Source of the DNA: Alphaproteobacteria bacterium
Lineage (GTDB): Bacteria; Pseudomonadota; Alphaproteobacteria; CAAHEQ01; UBA3637
Direction of reading: 5' to 3'
Assembly: GCA_017647405.1 (NCBI GenBank)
Contig: JAGCKR010000063.1
Coordinates: 6,956-70,955, forward strand
Length of the DNA: 64,000 nucleotides
Shown: in pieces, positions 19,777 to 30,358 of the stretch
How the letters are laid out: each line of letters starts with the position of its first letter
How positions within the stretch are numbered: position 1 is the first letter of the stretch
Made by a program: the position numbers and the translations under genes
Notes under the pieces: model-generated
The model's database searches: none
Seen by the model: the letters and a program-made list of their open reading frames with translations, nothing else
Told to the model about the DNA's origin: nothing

Positions 19777-20595
19777 TTAAACAGCAAAGAATACTTCTGT
19801 TAAAATATAGTTGAAAATCAAAATCAAAATACTTGAAGAAACAACGGCATTTGTTGTTGCCTGACCAACCCCTTGCGCTCCACCTTTTGAGTTAAAGCCA
19901 TTATAACAACCAAGTAAAGTGATGATAAAACCAAACACTGCCGCTTTTGTTAACCCAGAAATCAAATCCATTGGTTTTAAATATTCCCAAGTGCTAACAA
20001 GATATGTTGTTGCATTAAAATCAAGTTTTGAAACCCCAATCATATATCCACCACAAATGCCAATAACATCACCGATTAAAACCAAAACCGGCAACATAAT
20101 CACTCCAGCAATCACTCTTGGCACAATTAAATATTTTATCGGATTTGTTGAAAGAGTTGAAAGTGCATCAATTTGTTCTGTCACACGCATTGTTCCAATT
20201 TCAGCAGCCATAGCAGCACCAATACGACCAGCCACCATAAGCCCAGCCATCACAGGCGCAAGTTCTCGTGTTACCGCAACTAACACAACCAATGATACAG
20301 CTCCTTCTGCTGAAAACTGAGAAAAACCACTATATGTTTGAAGAGCAATAACCATACCGGAAAATAAAGTTGTTAACGCAACCACCGGCAATGAATAAAA
20401 ACCAATTTCAATAAGTTGGCGTAAAAGTGCTTTAAAATAAAGCGGCGGTGTTAAACAATGATAAATTGTTTCGCCGGCAAATATACCCAATGATCCAGCG
20501 CTTCTAAAAAACGCCAAGACCACACGCCCCAACTTGTTCACAAAATCAATAAACGGTGTGACAAGCGGTATATATGTTTCAGATTTTTTTCGCAT
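19777..20595 (-). CDS. mlaE: ABC transporter permease MlaE
   Basis: The protein is a polytopic permease with family-typical segments RQLIEIGFYSLPVVALT and ELAPVMAGLMVAGRIGAAMAAEIGTMRVTEQIDAL. The start was set at the ATG at 20595; the track ORF extends to 20652. Confidence 0.85.
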   Translation of the reverse strand: MRKKSETYIPLVTPFIDFVNKLGRVVLAFFRSAGSLGIFAGETIYHCLTPPLYFKALLRQLIEIGFYSLPVVALTTLFSGMVIALQTYSGFSQFSAEGAVSLVVLVAVTRELAPVMAGLMVAGRIGAAMAAEIGTMRVTEQIDALSTLSTNPIKYLIVPRVIAGVIMLPVLVLIGDVIGICGGYMIGVSKLDFNATTYLVSTWEYLKPMDLISGLTKAAVFGFIITLLGCYNGFNSKGGAQGVGQATTNAVVSSSILILIFNYILTEVFFAV

Positions 20596-20698
20596 ATTGA
20601 ACCCTATATATCCATAGTTTACTCTTTGTTCACTATACCCGCCCAAATCCAAAAAAGCAAGAAGAAATAATATATTCTAAAAAGACAGATTTCTGCAT

Positions 20699-20726
20699 AA
20701 AAAAAAGAGAGCTTTCACTCTCTTTT
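20699..20726 (-). terminator. Rho-independent terminator after the 249-aa orphan gene
   Basis: On the minus strand the stem is AAAAGAGAG / CTCTCTTTT with a 6-nt loop, followed by a T-run. Confidence 0.6.
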
Positions 20727-20736
20727 CCTTCCCTTT

Positions 20737-21486
20737 TTATCCGGCATTTTCTTTATTTTGCATCATGCCCATATATTGAACGGTTGTTAACTTCATTGGA
20801 ATATCAAACAAAGTAATTGGTGAACCATTCGGTTTTGTATAGCTCTTTAAAAATACATCAGGCTTTACAACAGAAATTTTTCCTTCATCTTTCACCACAA
20901 CACATCCGTTTTCATACGTTTGTTTTGAAAGTTTTGGATCGCTAAAACAAACAGAGCCTAAAAAACGAATAGCTTGCGCAGAGGATTTATTTTTATATTT
21001 ATGAAAACCTAATTGCTCAAAACCAGTATCCCATACCTCAATTAAATTCATATTATTTGCAACATCTTTTTTATTGGATTGAGAAACATCTGTTAATCCA
21101 AGCGCATGCGTATATTTCAAAAAAAGTTTAATTTTATCTTTATCCAATTTGTCAGGTTGATTATTTGATAATTGCATCACTTTTTTTAAAAGGGCTTTTC
21201 CTTGAACAGGCGAAACATCATTAATAACAACAACTCCCTCACCATCAGATTGAACCGTTTGCCATGTTTTATCTTTTGAATTTAAAAAAACAAGGTCTTT
21301 TTCTGATGACTTTCCCCCTTTAGAAACAAAAACACCGGTCCCGCTATTCAAAGAAGGGATCGGCAAAACAAAACTTTGCGCCGCCGGAATTACCGATAGC
21401 GCATTTTGAAAATTCAAGTCTGTTTCATTAATAATCGCCACTTTGTCCTCCATTTTGTTTTGACTAGTTAAACATCTTTTTTTCAA
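20737..21486 (-). CDS. Hypothetical protein (no recognisable family, no signal peptide)
   Basis: The ORF is 249 aa and is flanked by terminator hairpins on both sides, so it is a monocistronic unit. The ORF-track start at 21486 is TTG. The first ATG (MEDKVAI...) is at 21453. Confidence 0.5.
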   Translation of the reverse strand: MKKRCLTSQNKMEDKVAIINETDLNFQNALSVIPAAQSFVLPIPSLNSGTGVFVSKGGKSSEKDLVFLNSKDKTWQTVQSDGEGVVVINDVSPVQGKALLKKVMQLSNNQPDKLDKDKIKLFLKYTHALGLTDVSQSNKKDVANNMNLIEVWDTGFEQLGFHKYKNKSSAQAIRFLGSVCFSDPKLSKQTYENGCVVVKDEGKISVVKPDVFLKSYTKPNGSPITLFDIPMKLTTVQYMGMMQNKENAG

Positions 21487-21497
21487 AAAAGCAAGAC

Positions 21498-21530
21498 AAA
21501 AAAACGGCTCTTTTCTAGAACCGCTTTTTT
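21498..21530 (-). terminator. Rho-independent terminator after the RND pump gene
   Basis: The minus strand reads AAAAAAGCGGTTCTAGAAAAGAGCCGTTTTTTT, a 6-7 bp stem with a G-U pair and a T-run. Confidence 0.6.
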
Positions 21531-21550
21531 ATTTTATAATTGTTTGTTTT

Positions 21551-24500
21551 TTATTTTATTTTTTGTTTCTTCCTATGTTTCTTTTCAAATTTTTCAAACA
21601 GTGTTTGAACTAAAACATAAAATAACGGAATCACAAAAAGACCCACAACCGTTCCAAATACCATTCCCCAAAAAACAGGAACGCCAATTGCCCTTCTGCT
21701 CGCTGCGGCAGCACCGGTTGCAACAATCATCGGCCATACACCTAAAATAAATGAAAAGGCTGTCATTAAAACTGCTCTAAAACGCTCTCTTAACCCTTTT
21801 AATGCAGCATTCACAATCGTTGCACCTTTCAAGCGTTCTTCCTTGGCAAACTCAACAATTAAAATGGCATTTTTACTTGCCAAACCAACAAGTAAAATTA
21901 ACCCTAATTGAGCATAGATACTTAAAGAAAGACCGGAAAAAAAGAGTCCAATTAAAGCACCGTTTATCGCAATAATTAAAGAAAGCAAAACAGAGATCGG
22001 AACAATAAAACTTTCATATTGTGCAACCAAGAAAAGATAAGCGAAAATAATTGCAAAAGCTAAAAGATATCCAACCTGACCACTAGAATTTTTTTCTTGA
22101 TAACTCATACCGGACCAAGCAATATCATATCCTTTTGGCAATTCTTTCACAAGGTTTTCAACGTCTTTCATCGCCTGCCCTGTACTAAAACCCTGTTTTT
22201 GAGCAGCAGTTACACCAGCTGCCGGATATTGATTATATCGTTCCACTGTTCTAGGTGCTAACACTTTTTTAAGCTCAATCAATCCCCTTAATGGCACACG
22301 TTCATTATTTTCATTTAAAACATATAAATCGTTAATGCTTTCAATATCTTGTCGATATTTCCAATCCGATTGGAGCATCACTTTATTCACCTGCGTTCCG
22401 ATATTAACATCGTTTACATAGGCAGAACCTAAATAACTTTCTATTGTGCTAAAAATATTACCAATCGGAACCTTCATGCTTTCTGCTTTTTCCCTATCAA
22501 TTTCTAAAAATATATTTGGTGTTTTAGCATTGAAATTTGTATATGCATATTGAACAGAAGGCAACTGATTAACCTTACTTAAAAATCCTTGCAAAGAAGC
22601 ATCTAATTTTTGATAGTCAATACTTTCCTTAGATTGCAAACGAATATCTAAACCACCAACCGTTCCAAGTCCAGGAATGGCAGGCATTTCAAAGAACTGA
22701 AATTCAGCTTCTGGGAAAGCGGCTGTTTTTGCACGCAAACGATTTAAAATTTCTGTTGAATATTCCGAAGCGTCTGTCCGTTCACCCCATGGTTTTAAAA
22801 CGATAAATGCCATCGAAACATTTTCTCCACGACCAGCAAGTAAACTTGCCCCAACAACATTTGAAACACCTTCTACGCTTTTTTCAGTAAGAATGATTTC
22901 ATTCACCTTATCCATCATTTCATGTGATCTTTTTTTGGAAGCCCCTTCTGGTAATTGCATACTCATCACAATCACCCCTTGGTCTTCACTTGGGATAAAT
23001 GATGTTTTAGAAGCTGAAAACAATGCATAACCCAAAAGGCAAAGCAATGCAAAAATAGTTGTAATTACCGGAATTTTTTTTGCAATTAATGAAACAACAA
23101 CCGCATAAAAACGAATAATTTTTGAAATCTTATTATTCACATTTGCAAAAAATCCTTTTTTACGTGGTTTAATTTTTTTGATAAGTAATGAGCAAAGAGC
23201 CGGTGACAATGTTAATGCATTTAATAATGAAAATAAAATAGCCGTTGAAATAGTAACAGAAAACTGTTGATAAATTTGACCAACAATCCCATCCAAAAAT
23301 CCAACAGGAACAAAAATGGCAAGTAATACCAAACTCATTGCAACTAAGGCGCCAGAAATTTCGCCCATAGCTTTCCACGTTGCATCATAGGAACTCATAT
23401 TTTCATTTTGCATTAAATGCACAACGCGCTCAACCACAACAATTGCATCATCAACAACCAAACCAATTGCCAATAATAAAGCAAAAAGAGTGAACATATT
23501 AATACTATATCCAAGCGCCAAAATAACCGCAAATGTTCCCAAAATTGAAACCGGAATAGTTAAAGAAGGGATAAGAGTTGAATAAAAATCTTGCAAAAAG
23601 AAATAGCAAACCCCAATCACCAAAATAAGCGTAAACAATAAAGTAAACACAACTTCTTCAACAGAAGCATCAATATATTTTGTTGAATCATATCCGAATT
23701 TATATTCTAATCCTTTTGGAAAAGATTTCGAAAGTTCACTAACTGTTTTTTTAACATTTTCCATCGTTTCCAATGCATTAGCACCTGAGGAAAGAGAAAT
23801 AGAAAGTGTGATAGACGGTTTCCCGTTATACAGTCCGCTCACAGCATAAGTTTCTTGACCAATTTCAACTCTGGCAATATCTTTTAATCGAACCAATCCT
23901 CCTTGTGCTGCTGTTCTGATAATTATTTGCTCAAATTCTTCCGGTGTTTCCATTCTGCCTCTTGTTTGCAGTGTATAAACCATCGGATTTAAAGCCTCTG
24001 TCGGTGCGGCACCCACCTTCCCAAGTGATGGTTGATAGTTTTGATCTGAAATTGATTTATAAACATCATCCGCCGTTAAATTAAGCGATGCCATTTTATC
24101 AACATTTAACCAAATTCGCATACTGAGTTTAGAACCATAAACAGTCACACCACCAACGCCGCTAACCTTTGATAATGCCCGCTCAACATTATTGTAAACA
24201 TAATTGGCAATTTCCTGATCTTTTAACGTTCCATCCGGTGACATAAAAACAACAAAACCCAAAACATTCGATGATTCACGCTTAACAGAAACGCCCTGTC
24301 TTGTTACCTCTTGAGGTAATTTTGGTGTTGCCTGTTGAATCCGATTTTGCACCTTCACTTGTGCAATATCTGGATCAATACCGGTTTTAAAAGTGACCTT
24401 TAAATTATAAACACCATCTTCAGACGTTGATTTCATATAAATCATGTCTTCAACGCCATTAATTTCATCTTCAAGAGGAATACCGATTGTTTTCGCAATC

Positions 24501-24670
24501 ACATCCGCACTAGCACCGGGATAATTTGCCCGAACAGAAATTTCAGGTGGCGTTACTTCCGGATACAACGCTATCGGAAGTTTAAATAATGCAATCAATC
24601 CAACTAAAACAATAACAATGGAAATGACGAAAGAAAATCTTGGTCTTCTGATAAAAAATCCGGCAAACAT
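21551..24670 (-). CDS. RND-family multidrug efflux permease (AcrB/HAE1-like)
   Basis: The protein is 1039 aa with 12-TM architecture. It has the canonical N-terminus [33 protein letters not shown], and two large periplasmic loops. Confidence 0.95.
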   Translation of the reverse strand: MFAGFFIRRPRFSFVISIVIVLVGLIALFKLPIALYPEVTPPEISVRANYPGASADVIAKTIGIPLEDEINGVEDMIYMKSTSEDGVYNLKVTFKTGIDPDIAQVKVQNRIQQATPKLPQEVTRQGVSVKRESSNVLGFVVFMSPDGTLKDQEIANYVYNNVERALSKVSGVGGVTVYGSKLSMRIWLNVDKMASLNLTADDVYKSISDQNYQPSLGKVGAAPTEALNPMVYTLQTRGRMETPEEFEQIIIRTAAQGGLVRLKDIARVEIGQETYAVSGLYNGKPSITLSISLSSGANALETMENVKKTVSELSKSFPKGLEYKFGYDSTKYIDASVEEVVFTLLFTLILVIGVCYFFLQDFYSTLIPSLTIPVSILGTFAVILALGYSINMFTLFALLLAIGLVVDDAIVVVERVVHLMQNENMSSYDATWKAMGEISGALVAMSLVLLAIFVPVGFLDGIVGQIYQQFSVTISTAILFSLLNALTLSPALCSLLIKKIKPRKKGFFANVNNKISKIIRFYAVVVSLIAKKIPVITTIFALLCLLGYALFSASKTSFIPSEDQGVIVMSMQLPEGASKKRSHEMMDKVNEIILTEKSVEGVSNVVGASLLAGRGENVSMAFIVLKPWGERTDASEYSTEILNRLRAKTAAFPEAEFQFFEMPAIPGLGTVGGLDIRLQSKESIDYQKLDASLQGFLSKVNQLPSVQYAYTNFNAKTPNIFLEIDREKAESMKVPIGNIFSTIESYLGSAYVNDVNIGTQVNKVMLQSDWKYRQDIESINDLYVLNENNERVPLRGLIELKKVLAPRTVERYNQYPAAGVTAAQKQGFSTGQAMKDVENLVKELPKGYDIAWSGMSYQEKNSSGQVGYLLAFAIIFAYLFLVAQYESFIVPISVLLSLIIAINGALIGLFFSGLSLSIYAQLGLILLVGLASKNAILIVEFAKEERLKGATIVNAALKGLRERFRAVLMTAFSFILGVWPMIVATGAAAASRRAIGVPVFWGMVFGTVVGLFVIPLFYVLVQTLFEKFEKKHRKKQKIK

Positions 24671-24682
24671 ATCAAACTCCCT

Positions 24683-25792
24683 TTATTTTATAACATCAAC
24701 AAGAGTTGCATTAACCAGCATACCGTTTTTAACTTTTTGAAGACCTTGAACAATCACTTTATCATCCGCATTTAATCCGGATAAAACAACTTGCATATCT
24801 TCATAAACATCACCTAATGTGATATATTTTTGTTTAACAATTCCATCTGCAGTAACTGTCATAACATAAGCACCATGAACATCTGCCGCTAATGCTAATT
24901 GAGGAACTAATAGAGAATCATTTCCTAACGAATATCTGAAATAAATGTCAACATAGTTACCCGGAACCAAAGCATTATCAGCATTTTCCATATCTAAATA
25001 AACCGGAATTGTGGCTGTTTGCGCATTAACCTCATTTCCCGCAAATAATTCCTTTGCATTAACGGTTTTAATTTGACTATTAGGCAAAACAACATCCACA
25101 AACATTTCTTCGCTATTCTTCATTTTTTCCATAAAGGCAGAACGTTCCTTATCTGTCACTGAAAAAGCTATTCTGATAGGATTTGTTTGAACAATGCGTG
25201 CTAACTTTTGAGTATTCGGGCTTACCAAATTTCCTTTCGTCACCAATGCTTTACCAATATGCCCTGAAATAGGGGCCTTAATTTCAGAATGGTCAAGATC
25301 TAATCTAGCCCGTTCAACATCAGCTTCTGCACGAACCAAATCACTTAAAGCCATTTCAAATTTTTTATCTGGCACATCACCACTATCATGTAGCTTTTTA
25401 ACCCGATCATATTCCTTTAATAATTCCCAATGACGCGCTTCGGCCGATTTTAAATCAGCCTTATATTTTCGTTGTTCAATAACAAAAATTTTTTCTCCTT
25501 CATTAACGAAAGAACCGTCTTTAAACAAGATTTCTTCCAAATAACCAGAGACCTGAGGGATAATATCCACACTGTTAACCGCTTCAACCTCAGCAATATA
25601 TTTTTTACGAGCTGAAATATTTTTCGTTGTTAATCCTTTTACCAAAACATATGGTGTTTGAATTTCATGTCCCGCATTGCGAGACGGAATCATTTTACCA
25701 TGCAAATACCACCCAAAAATCATAAAAAGAACGGCATAAAAAACTTTGCGCCAAATCTTTGTACTCTTAATTTTTTTAACTTTCATCAACAA
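24683..25792 (-). CDS. RND efflux periplasmic adaptor (membrane fusion protein)
   Basis: The protein is 369 aa with an N-terminal anchor, a lipoyl/hairpin region (SGYLEEILFKDGSFVNEGEKIFVIEQ ... APISGHIGKALVTKGNLV), and a beta-barrel C-terminus. Confidence 0.9.
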   Translation of the reverse strand: MLMKVKKIKSTKIWRKVFYAVLFMIFGWYLHGKMIPSRNAGHEIQTPYVLVKGLTTKNISARKKYIAEVEAVNSVDIIPQVSGYLEEILFKDGSFVNEGEKIFVIEQRKYKADLKSAEARHWELLKEYDRVKKLHDSGDVPDKKFEMALSDLVRAEADVERARLDLDHSEIKAPISGHIGKALVTKGNLVSPNTQKLARIVQTNPIRIAFSVTDKERSAFMEKMKNSEEMFVDVVLPNSQIKTVNAKELFAGNEVNAQTATIPVYLDMENADNALVPGNYVDIYFRYSLGNDSLLVPQLALAADVHGAYVMTVTADGIVKQKYITLGDVYEDMQVVLSGLNADDKVIVQGLQKVKNGMLVNATLVDVIK

Positions 25793-25867
25793 ACCCTTTT
25801 TATTTTAATAAAACATGACAAAATTTATATAAAAAACCAAAAAAAATCAAGTTCAAAAAAACAACCG

Positions 25868-26311
25868 TCACCCTTTTAATGATTTTTTATCTTCCGGAGG
25901 CAATTGAATAATTGAATGAAAAATTGCTCCAGACGGCAATTTTGTACTCACAATTCTTAAATCGTCATCTTGATTTAACCCCATTTTATCAATTAAATAT
26001 TTTGCCTTTGTTTCCAAAATTTGGCTTTTTTCTCCAACTTCATTCATATATGTCGGATGCCATTTTTTAAGCCATCTAGAAACCGATTGTGTTGTTACCC
26101 CAATGACCGGCGCAATTTGCCTCATCGACATACCAGACAAATAAAGAGTATGACTTATCAACTTGATAAACATAGGTTTTCCAGCAGGCGCCAACTTTGT
26201 AAACTGATATCCACACGACTTACACTTATACCGCTGAGCTCCAAAAACAAGCCCGTTTTTAACAAATTCTAACGCACCACATTTTATGCATTTTACATGG
26301 ATTTTCTTCAT
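25868..26311 (-). CDS. IS1 InsA-like zinc-ribbon + helix-turn-helix protein (solo; no transposase catalytic ORF)
   Basis: CIKCGALEFVKNGLVFGAQRYKCKSCGYQFT (zinc ribbon) is followed by MSMRQIAPVIGVTTQSVSRWLKKW (HTH). This is the same architecture as IS1 InsA. I found no InsB-like ORF or terminal inverted repeats nearby. The start was taken at MKKIHVKC. Confidence 0.6.
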   Translation of the reverse strand: MKKIHVKCIKCGALEFVKNGLVFGAQRYKCKSCGYQFTKLAPAGKPMFIKLISHTLYLSGMSMRQIAPVIGVTTQSVSRWLKKWHPTYMNEVGEKSQILETKAKYLIDKMGLNQDDDLRIVSTKLPSGAIFHSIIQLPPEDKKSLKG

Positions 26312-26379
26312 AAAAACACATAATATCATTAAAAAAGTTATATTTCAACATGTATTTTTTTAAAAAAAGAGTGAATTAC

Positions 26380-26408
26380 TTGACAGAGAACTTCTTTATA
26401 TTTATAAA
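26380..26408 (+). promoter_or_regulatory. Candidate sigma70 promoter for the mechanosensitive channel gene
   Basis: TTGACA (26380-26385), a 17-nt spacer, then TATAAA (26403-26408), about 38 nt before the ATG. Confidence 0.4.
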
Positions 26409-26446
26409 CAAATCAATTACTTTTACATAAAATTAAGGATATAATA

Positions 26447-28843
26447 ATGTTACGTTTATTTTTTTTAAGTATCTTTTTTTTAAATTTTATATGTTCTCCG
26501 ATTTTGGCTCAACAAGATTTAACAAATATGCAGGAGTCACAACCCTTAACAATTACTCAAATTACAAAAAAACTTCAAGAAATTGAAATTAGCATTTCTA
26601 AAAATGCTCCCTCAAAAAATGAATCCATCAACTTGGTTAAACAGCTTACCTCATATTACAATAACTTGCAGTTAAAAAAAGATACTGACTCAAAAACATT
26701 ATCTGATTTTCAAAAAAAGATTGCTGCTCTAGGTGAAATTCACGAAGGCGAACAGGAAACCAAAGAAATCGCTCAACAGCGCGAACAATTTATAAAAGAG
26801 ATTGAAACCATTAAAGCTGAAATTTCAAAAACTGATTTGGCAATAAATCAAATCGATAATCTTAATCAAAAAGTGGCATCATTAAGAGCAAAAGGATTAT
26901 TTGAAACATTAATGGTTAAAGAGGCATCCATTCTTGACTTTAAAGAACTGTCCGGCGCACTGGTTAATTTTGGTTCTTTTTTATGGCATTTATTAGAGTA
27001 TCCTCTCTCTTGGTATCAAGCACAAACAAAAGAAATTCAAACAAACACGCTGCACCGATTAATTTCTCTGTGCCTTTGGGCAATTACATCTCTTGTTCTT
27101 GCAATTATTTTAAATATTTTTGTGCGCAAAAAATTGGGATATGATTTACCTATTGAAAAACCAACTTATACTCAAAAAGTGAAAGCTGCCTTTTTTATGA
27201 TTGTGGCAAGAGCCATTATTCCGGCAGCTATACCTGTTGCATTTTTATTATGGCGATCACAAAATCCCGATTTTTTAACTGGTCAATTTGGTACCCTTAT
27301 TGATATTTTTGCCCATTATCTTATTTATTTGTTTTTCTTCACCGGTCTTGCAAGCGTTTTATTCACACCTAAAAAAACACAGTGGCGTTTAATTGAGGTT
27401 AGCAATGAAAAGGCTCTCGATATTTCCAAATCACTTATCTACTCGATTTATATACTTTGTTTCTTTTCATTTTTGCATGTAGTAGCTCAAAAACTCTCCG
27501 CGACACCAGAAACAATTTATGCAATCAAGATGATTAATAACTTTGTTAAATCCGGCTGTATTATTCTTTTATCTTTAAATTTACTTTATAACAATAAAAC
27601 ATTAACAGATGAAGAATTAAATGAAGAAAAAGAGGTTCAAGGACTTTCCTTATCATCAAAATTGGCCATTTTGATCTCTTTGGGCAGTTTTATTGTGCTT
27701 TGTTACTCACTGCTCGGATATGTAAAACTTGCTGAATATATTTTTAACAGATTTATTGTTAGTGTTGGATTTATTGTTATCGGTTATATTTTTCAAAAAT
27801 TTATTTTTGTTGTGTTTCATCAAATTATCAACAAAAAATTCTTCGGGAAAAATTTACGTATCACAAAATATCGGATCAAACGCCTAGAAATATTATTCAA
27901 CATACTGACCATTCCTCTTGTTGGCGGATTTATCACTCTTTGTGTTTTAGCTGTTTGGGGTGTTTCTGTTGATATTATGGTTCAAAATATTAAAAAAGTT
28001 TTAGTTGGATTTAATATTGGAGATATGCATGTTTCCATCACCTCAATTTTAATGGGACTGATTGCATTTTTTGTAACTCACTCTATTTTTAAAGCCATTA
28101 AAAACAGTTTGACAGAGGGTAAATTATCTGATGTATTTGATCTGGATATCGGTGTAAAAACATCAATGGCAGCCCTACTTGGATTTGTTGGAACCATTTT
28201 AGCCCTCATAGTCGGATTAAGCGTTATGGGCGGTAGTTTAAAGGGATTGGCTTTGGCTGCTGGTGCTCTTTCTCTTGGTGCCGGTCTTGGTCTTCAAAAT
28301 GTTGTAAATAATTTTGTATCGGGAATTATTTTATTGTTTGAACGCCCCTTTAAAATTGGTGATTGGATTTTAGTTGATCAATATGAAGGGATTGTTAAAC
28401 AAATCAATATGCGATCAACTCAAATTGAAACATTTAACAAGGCAAATGTTATTATTCCAAACGCAACTTTATTATCCACAAGCTTGATTAATATGACATA
28501 TAAAAATAAGCAAGCTCGCGTTGATTTACTTGTTGGGGTTGATTATAACAGCGATATTGAACTGGTTAAATCAACATTATTAGAATGCGCAAAAGATACA
28601 AAAAATATTTTGCAAAATCCATCCCCTTATGTTGCATTTCTCTCTCTTGCCGAAAACTGTATCAATTTCAGATTAAGTTTTTATATTTCTGATGTTGGGA
28701 ATAAGCTTTCTATACAAACAGAAGTTTATACTTTAATAGTTGAAAAATTCCGCGAACGCAACATCAACATTCCATTTCCACAACGTGTTTTGCATGTTAA
28801 AAATGAAACTGACTTAAAAGATATTGATATTGTTTCTGACTAA
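26447..28843 (+). CDS. Large MscS-family mechanosensitive channel (MscK/KefA-like)
   Basis: The protein is 798 aa with a signal peptide, a coiled-coil periplasmic domain and about 10 TM helices. Its MscS core carries GLGLQNVVNNFVSGIILLFERPFKIGDWI. Confidence 0.9.
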   Translation: MLRLFFLSIFFLNFICSPILAQQDLTNMQESQPLTITQITKKLQEIEISISKNAPSKNESINLVKQLTSYYNNLQLKKDTDSKTLSDFQKKIAALGEIHEGEQETKEIAQQREQFIKEIETIKAEISKTDLAINQIDNLNQKVASLRAKGLFETLMVKEASILDFKELSGALVNFGSFLWHLLEYPLSWYQAQTKEIQTNTLHRLISLCLWAITSLVLAIILNIFVRKKLGYDLPIEKPTYTQKVKAAFFMIVARAIIPAAIPVAFLLWRSQNPDFLTGQFGTLIDIFAHYLIYLFFFTGLASVLFTPKKTQWRLIEVSNEKALDISKSLIYSIYILCFFSFLHVVAQKLSATPETIYAIKMINNFVKSGCIILLSLNLLYNNKTLTDEELNEEKEVQGLSLSSKLAILISLGSFIVLCYSLLGYVKLAEYIFNRFIVSVGFIVIGYIFQKFIFVVFHQIINKKFFGKNLRITKYRIKRLEILFNILTIPLVGGFITLCVLAVWGVSVDIMVQNIKKVLVGFNIGDMHVSITSILMGLIAFFVTHSIFKAIKNSLTEGKLSDVFDLDIGVKTSMAALLGFVGTILALIVGLSVMGGSLKGLALAAGALSLGAGLGLQNVVNNFVSGIILLFERPFKIGDWILVDQYEGIVKQINMRSTQIETFNKANVIIPNATLLSTSLINMTYKNKQARVDLLVGVDYNSDIELVKSTLLECAKDTKNILQNPSPYVAFLSLAENCINFRLSFYISDVGNKLSIQTEVYTLIVEKFRERNINIPFPQRVLHVKNETDLKDIDIVSD

Positions 28844-28882
28844 TAAAAAAATCCCCACTCAATAAGAATGGGGATTTTTTTT
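28844..28882. terminator. Bidirectional rho-independent terminator (mscK-like / rdgB convergent)
   Basis: AAAAAAATCCCCA-ctcaataagaa-TGGGGATTTTTTTT. Confidence 0.8.
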
Positions 28883-28892
28883 ATCCGAGATT

Positions 28893-29477
28893 TTATTCAC
28901 GTGTCGCTAAAAAATCATATACTTGTTGAATGGCCTTTGAGCGATGAGAAATTTTATTTTTAGTTTCTGCATCAATATTTCCCAACGTCATATCAAACCC
29001 ATCAGGAATAAACATAGGATCATAACCAAATCCATTTGTTCCACTTGGGCTTTCTGCCATTTGACCATGCATATATCCTTTAAAAACATAATATTCAGTT
29101 TCACTAAAAGCCAACACCATCACACTGGTATAATAAGCTTTTTTTGACTTATCCTTTAAAGCACCTGCAATATATTCAAATGTTTCCGGATAACCACCAT
29201 GCAACTGAGCAAAACGAGCCGAATAAACACCCGGAGCGCCATCCAATCCTTCAATAGATAAACCTGCATCTTCCGCTAAAACAGGACGACCTAAAAATTT
29301 AACCCCTGCCAAAGCTTTAATAAGCGCATTTTCTTCAAATGTTTTTCCTGTTTCTTCAACATCCGGCAAATTGCATTCATCACCTCCAATAATTTGAACG
29401 CCAAGCGGTGATAAAATAGCACTAACTTCTTCAACCTTATGGGTATTATGTGTTGCAAAAATAATGGCTCTTCTCAT
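28893..29477 (-). CDS. rdgB: Non-canonical purine NTP pyrophosphatase RdgB/HAM1
   Basis: The protein is 194 aa. It carries IIFATHNTHKVEE, EDAGLSIEGLDGAPGVYSARF, GFGYDPMF and SHRSKA. Confidence 0.93.
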   Translation of the reverse strand: MRRAIIFATHNTHKVEEVSAILSPLGVQIIGGDECNLPDVEETGKTFEENALIKALAGVKFLGRPVLAEDAGLSIEGLDGAPGVYSARFAQLHGGYPETFEYIAGALKDKSKKAYYTSVMVLAFSETEYYVFKGYMHGQMAESPSGTNGFGYDPMFIPDGFDMTLGNIDAETKNKISHRSKAIQQVYDFLATRE

Positions 29478-30197
29478 TTATTCTACTCCCAAAACTTCTT
29501 TTTGTTTTTGAATCAATTCATTAATCCCTTTTTGCGCCAATTTTAAAAGTTCTGTTAATTCATCCGGTGTAAATGATCCATTTTCAGCTGTTCCTTGCAC
29601 CTCAATTAAAGTACCTTTATCCGTCATAACAAAATTTGAATCTGTTTCTGCGTTTGAATCTTCCAAATAATCTAAATCCAAAACAGGAACTCCTTGAAAA
29701 ATACCACAAGAAACAGCCGCAATAAAATTGGTTATCGGCATTGATTTGATTTTTCCTTGAGCCAATAATTTTTGACAGGCCAAATAAAGAGCAACAAATC
29801 CTCCCGTTACCGAAGCTGTTCTGGTTCCACCATCTGCTTGAATCACATCACAATCAACCTTAATATTAATGTTTTCAATTGCGCGTAAATTAATCCCTGC
29901 TCTTAAAGCTCTTCCAATCAAACGTTGAATTTCCTGAGTTCTTCCTGATTGTCCTTTTTTAGCTTCACGATCAACACGTGTCCCTGTTGCTCTTGGAATC
30001 ATACCATATTCAGCAGTCACCCAACCCTGACCGGAATTCTTAAGCCATGTTGGAACTTTTTCTTCAATCGTTGCAGTACAAATAACTTGTGTATCACCGG
30101 CTTTAATCAAACAAGATCCTTCCGCATGCTTATTTACATTAATCTCAAGTGAAACATGTCTCAGTTCATTTGCTTGTCTTTTTGATGGTCTTTGCAT
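29478..30197 (-). CDS. rph: Ribonuclease PH
   Basis: The protein is 239 aa. It carries [32 protein letters not shown] and [18 protein letters not shown]. Confidence 0.96.
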   Translation of the reverse strand: MQRPSKRQANELRHVSLEINVNKHAEGSCLIKAGDTQVICTATIEEKVPTWLKNSGQGWVTAEYGMIPRATGTRVDREAKKGQSGRTQEIQRLIGRALRAGINLRAIENINIKVDCDVIQADGGTRTASVTGGFVALYLACQKLLAQGKIKSMPITNFIAAVSCGIFQGVPVLDLDYLEDSNAETDSNFVMTDKGTLIEVQGTAENGSFTPDELTELLKLAQKGINELIQKQKEVLGVE

Positions 30198-30287
30198 ATC
30201 TTTCTCCTTATTACTTTTATTTGCTTCGGATTATAGTGATTTTCAGCCTCTAAATCAACCTTTTTTTAAAAAGTGACACCATGCCCT

Positions 30288-30318
30288 CTTGATTTTTTAA
30301 AGAAAAACATCTACATAT
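30288..30318 (+). promoter_or_regulatory. Candidate heat-shock-type promoter of grpE
   Basis: CTTGAT (30288-30293), a 17-nt spacer, then CTACATAT. This matches the CTTGA(C/T)-N17-CTA layout upstream of groES. I cannot discriminate sigma32 from sigma70 by eye. Confidence 0.35.
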
Positions 30319-30358
30319 ATGCATATTCGTTTTGATAAAAAGCATGGAGTTATAACTA

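Noticed and set aside
25793-26446. An intact IS1-type insertion sequence around the InsA-like gene.
   Set aside because: There is no InsB/DDE reading frame in any frame or strand, no -1 frameshift motif followed by a second ORF, and no terminal inverted repeats visible in the flanks.
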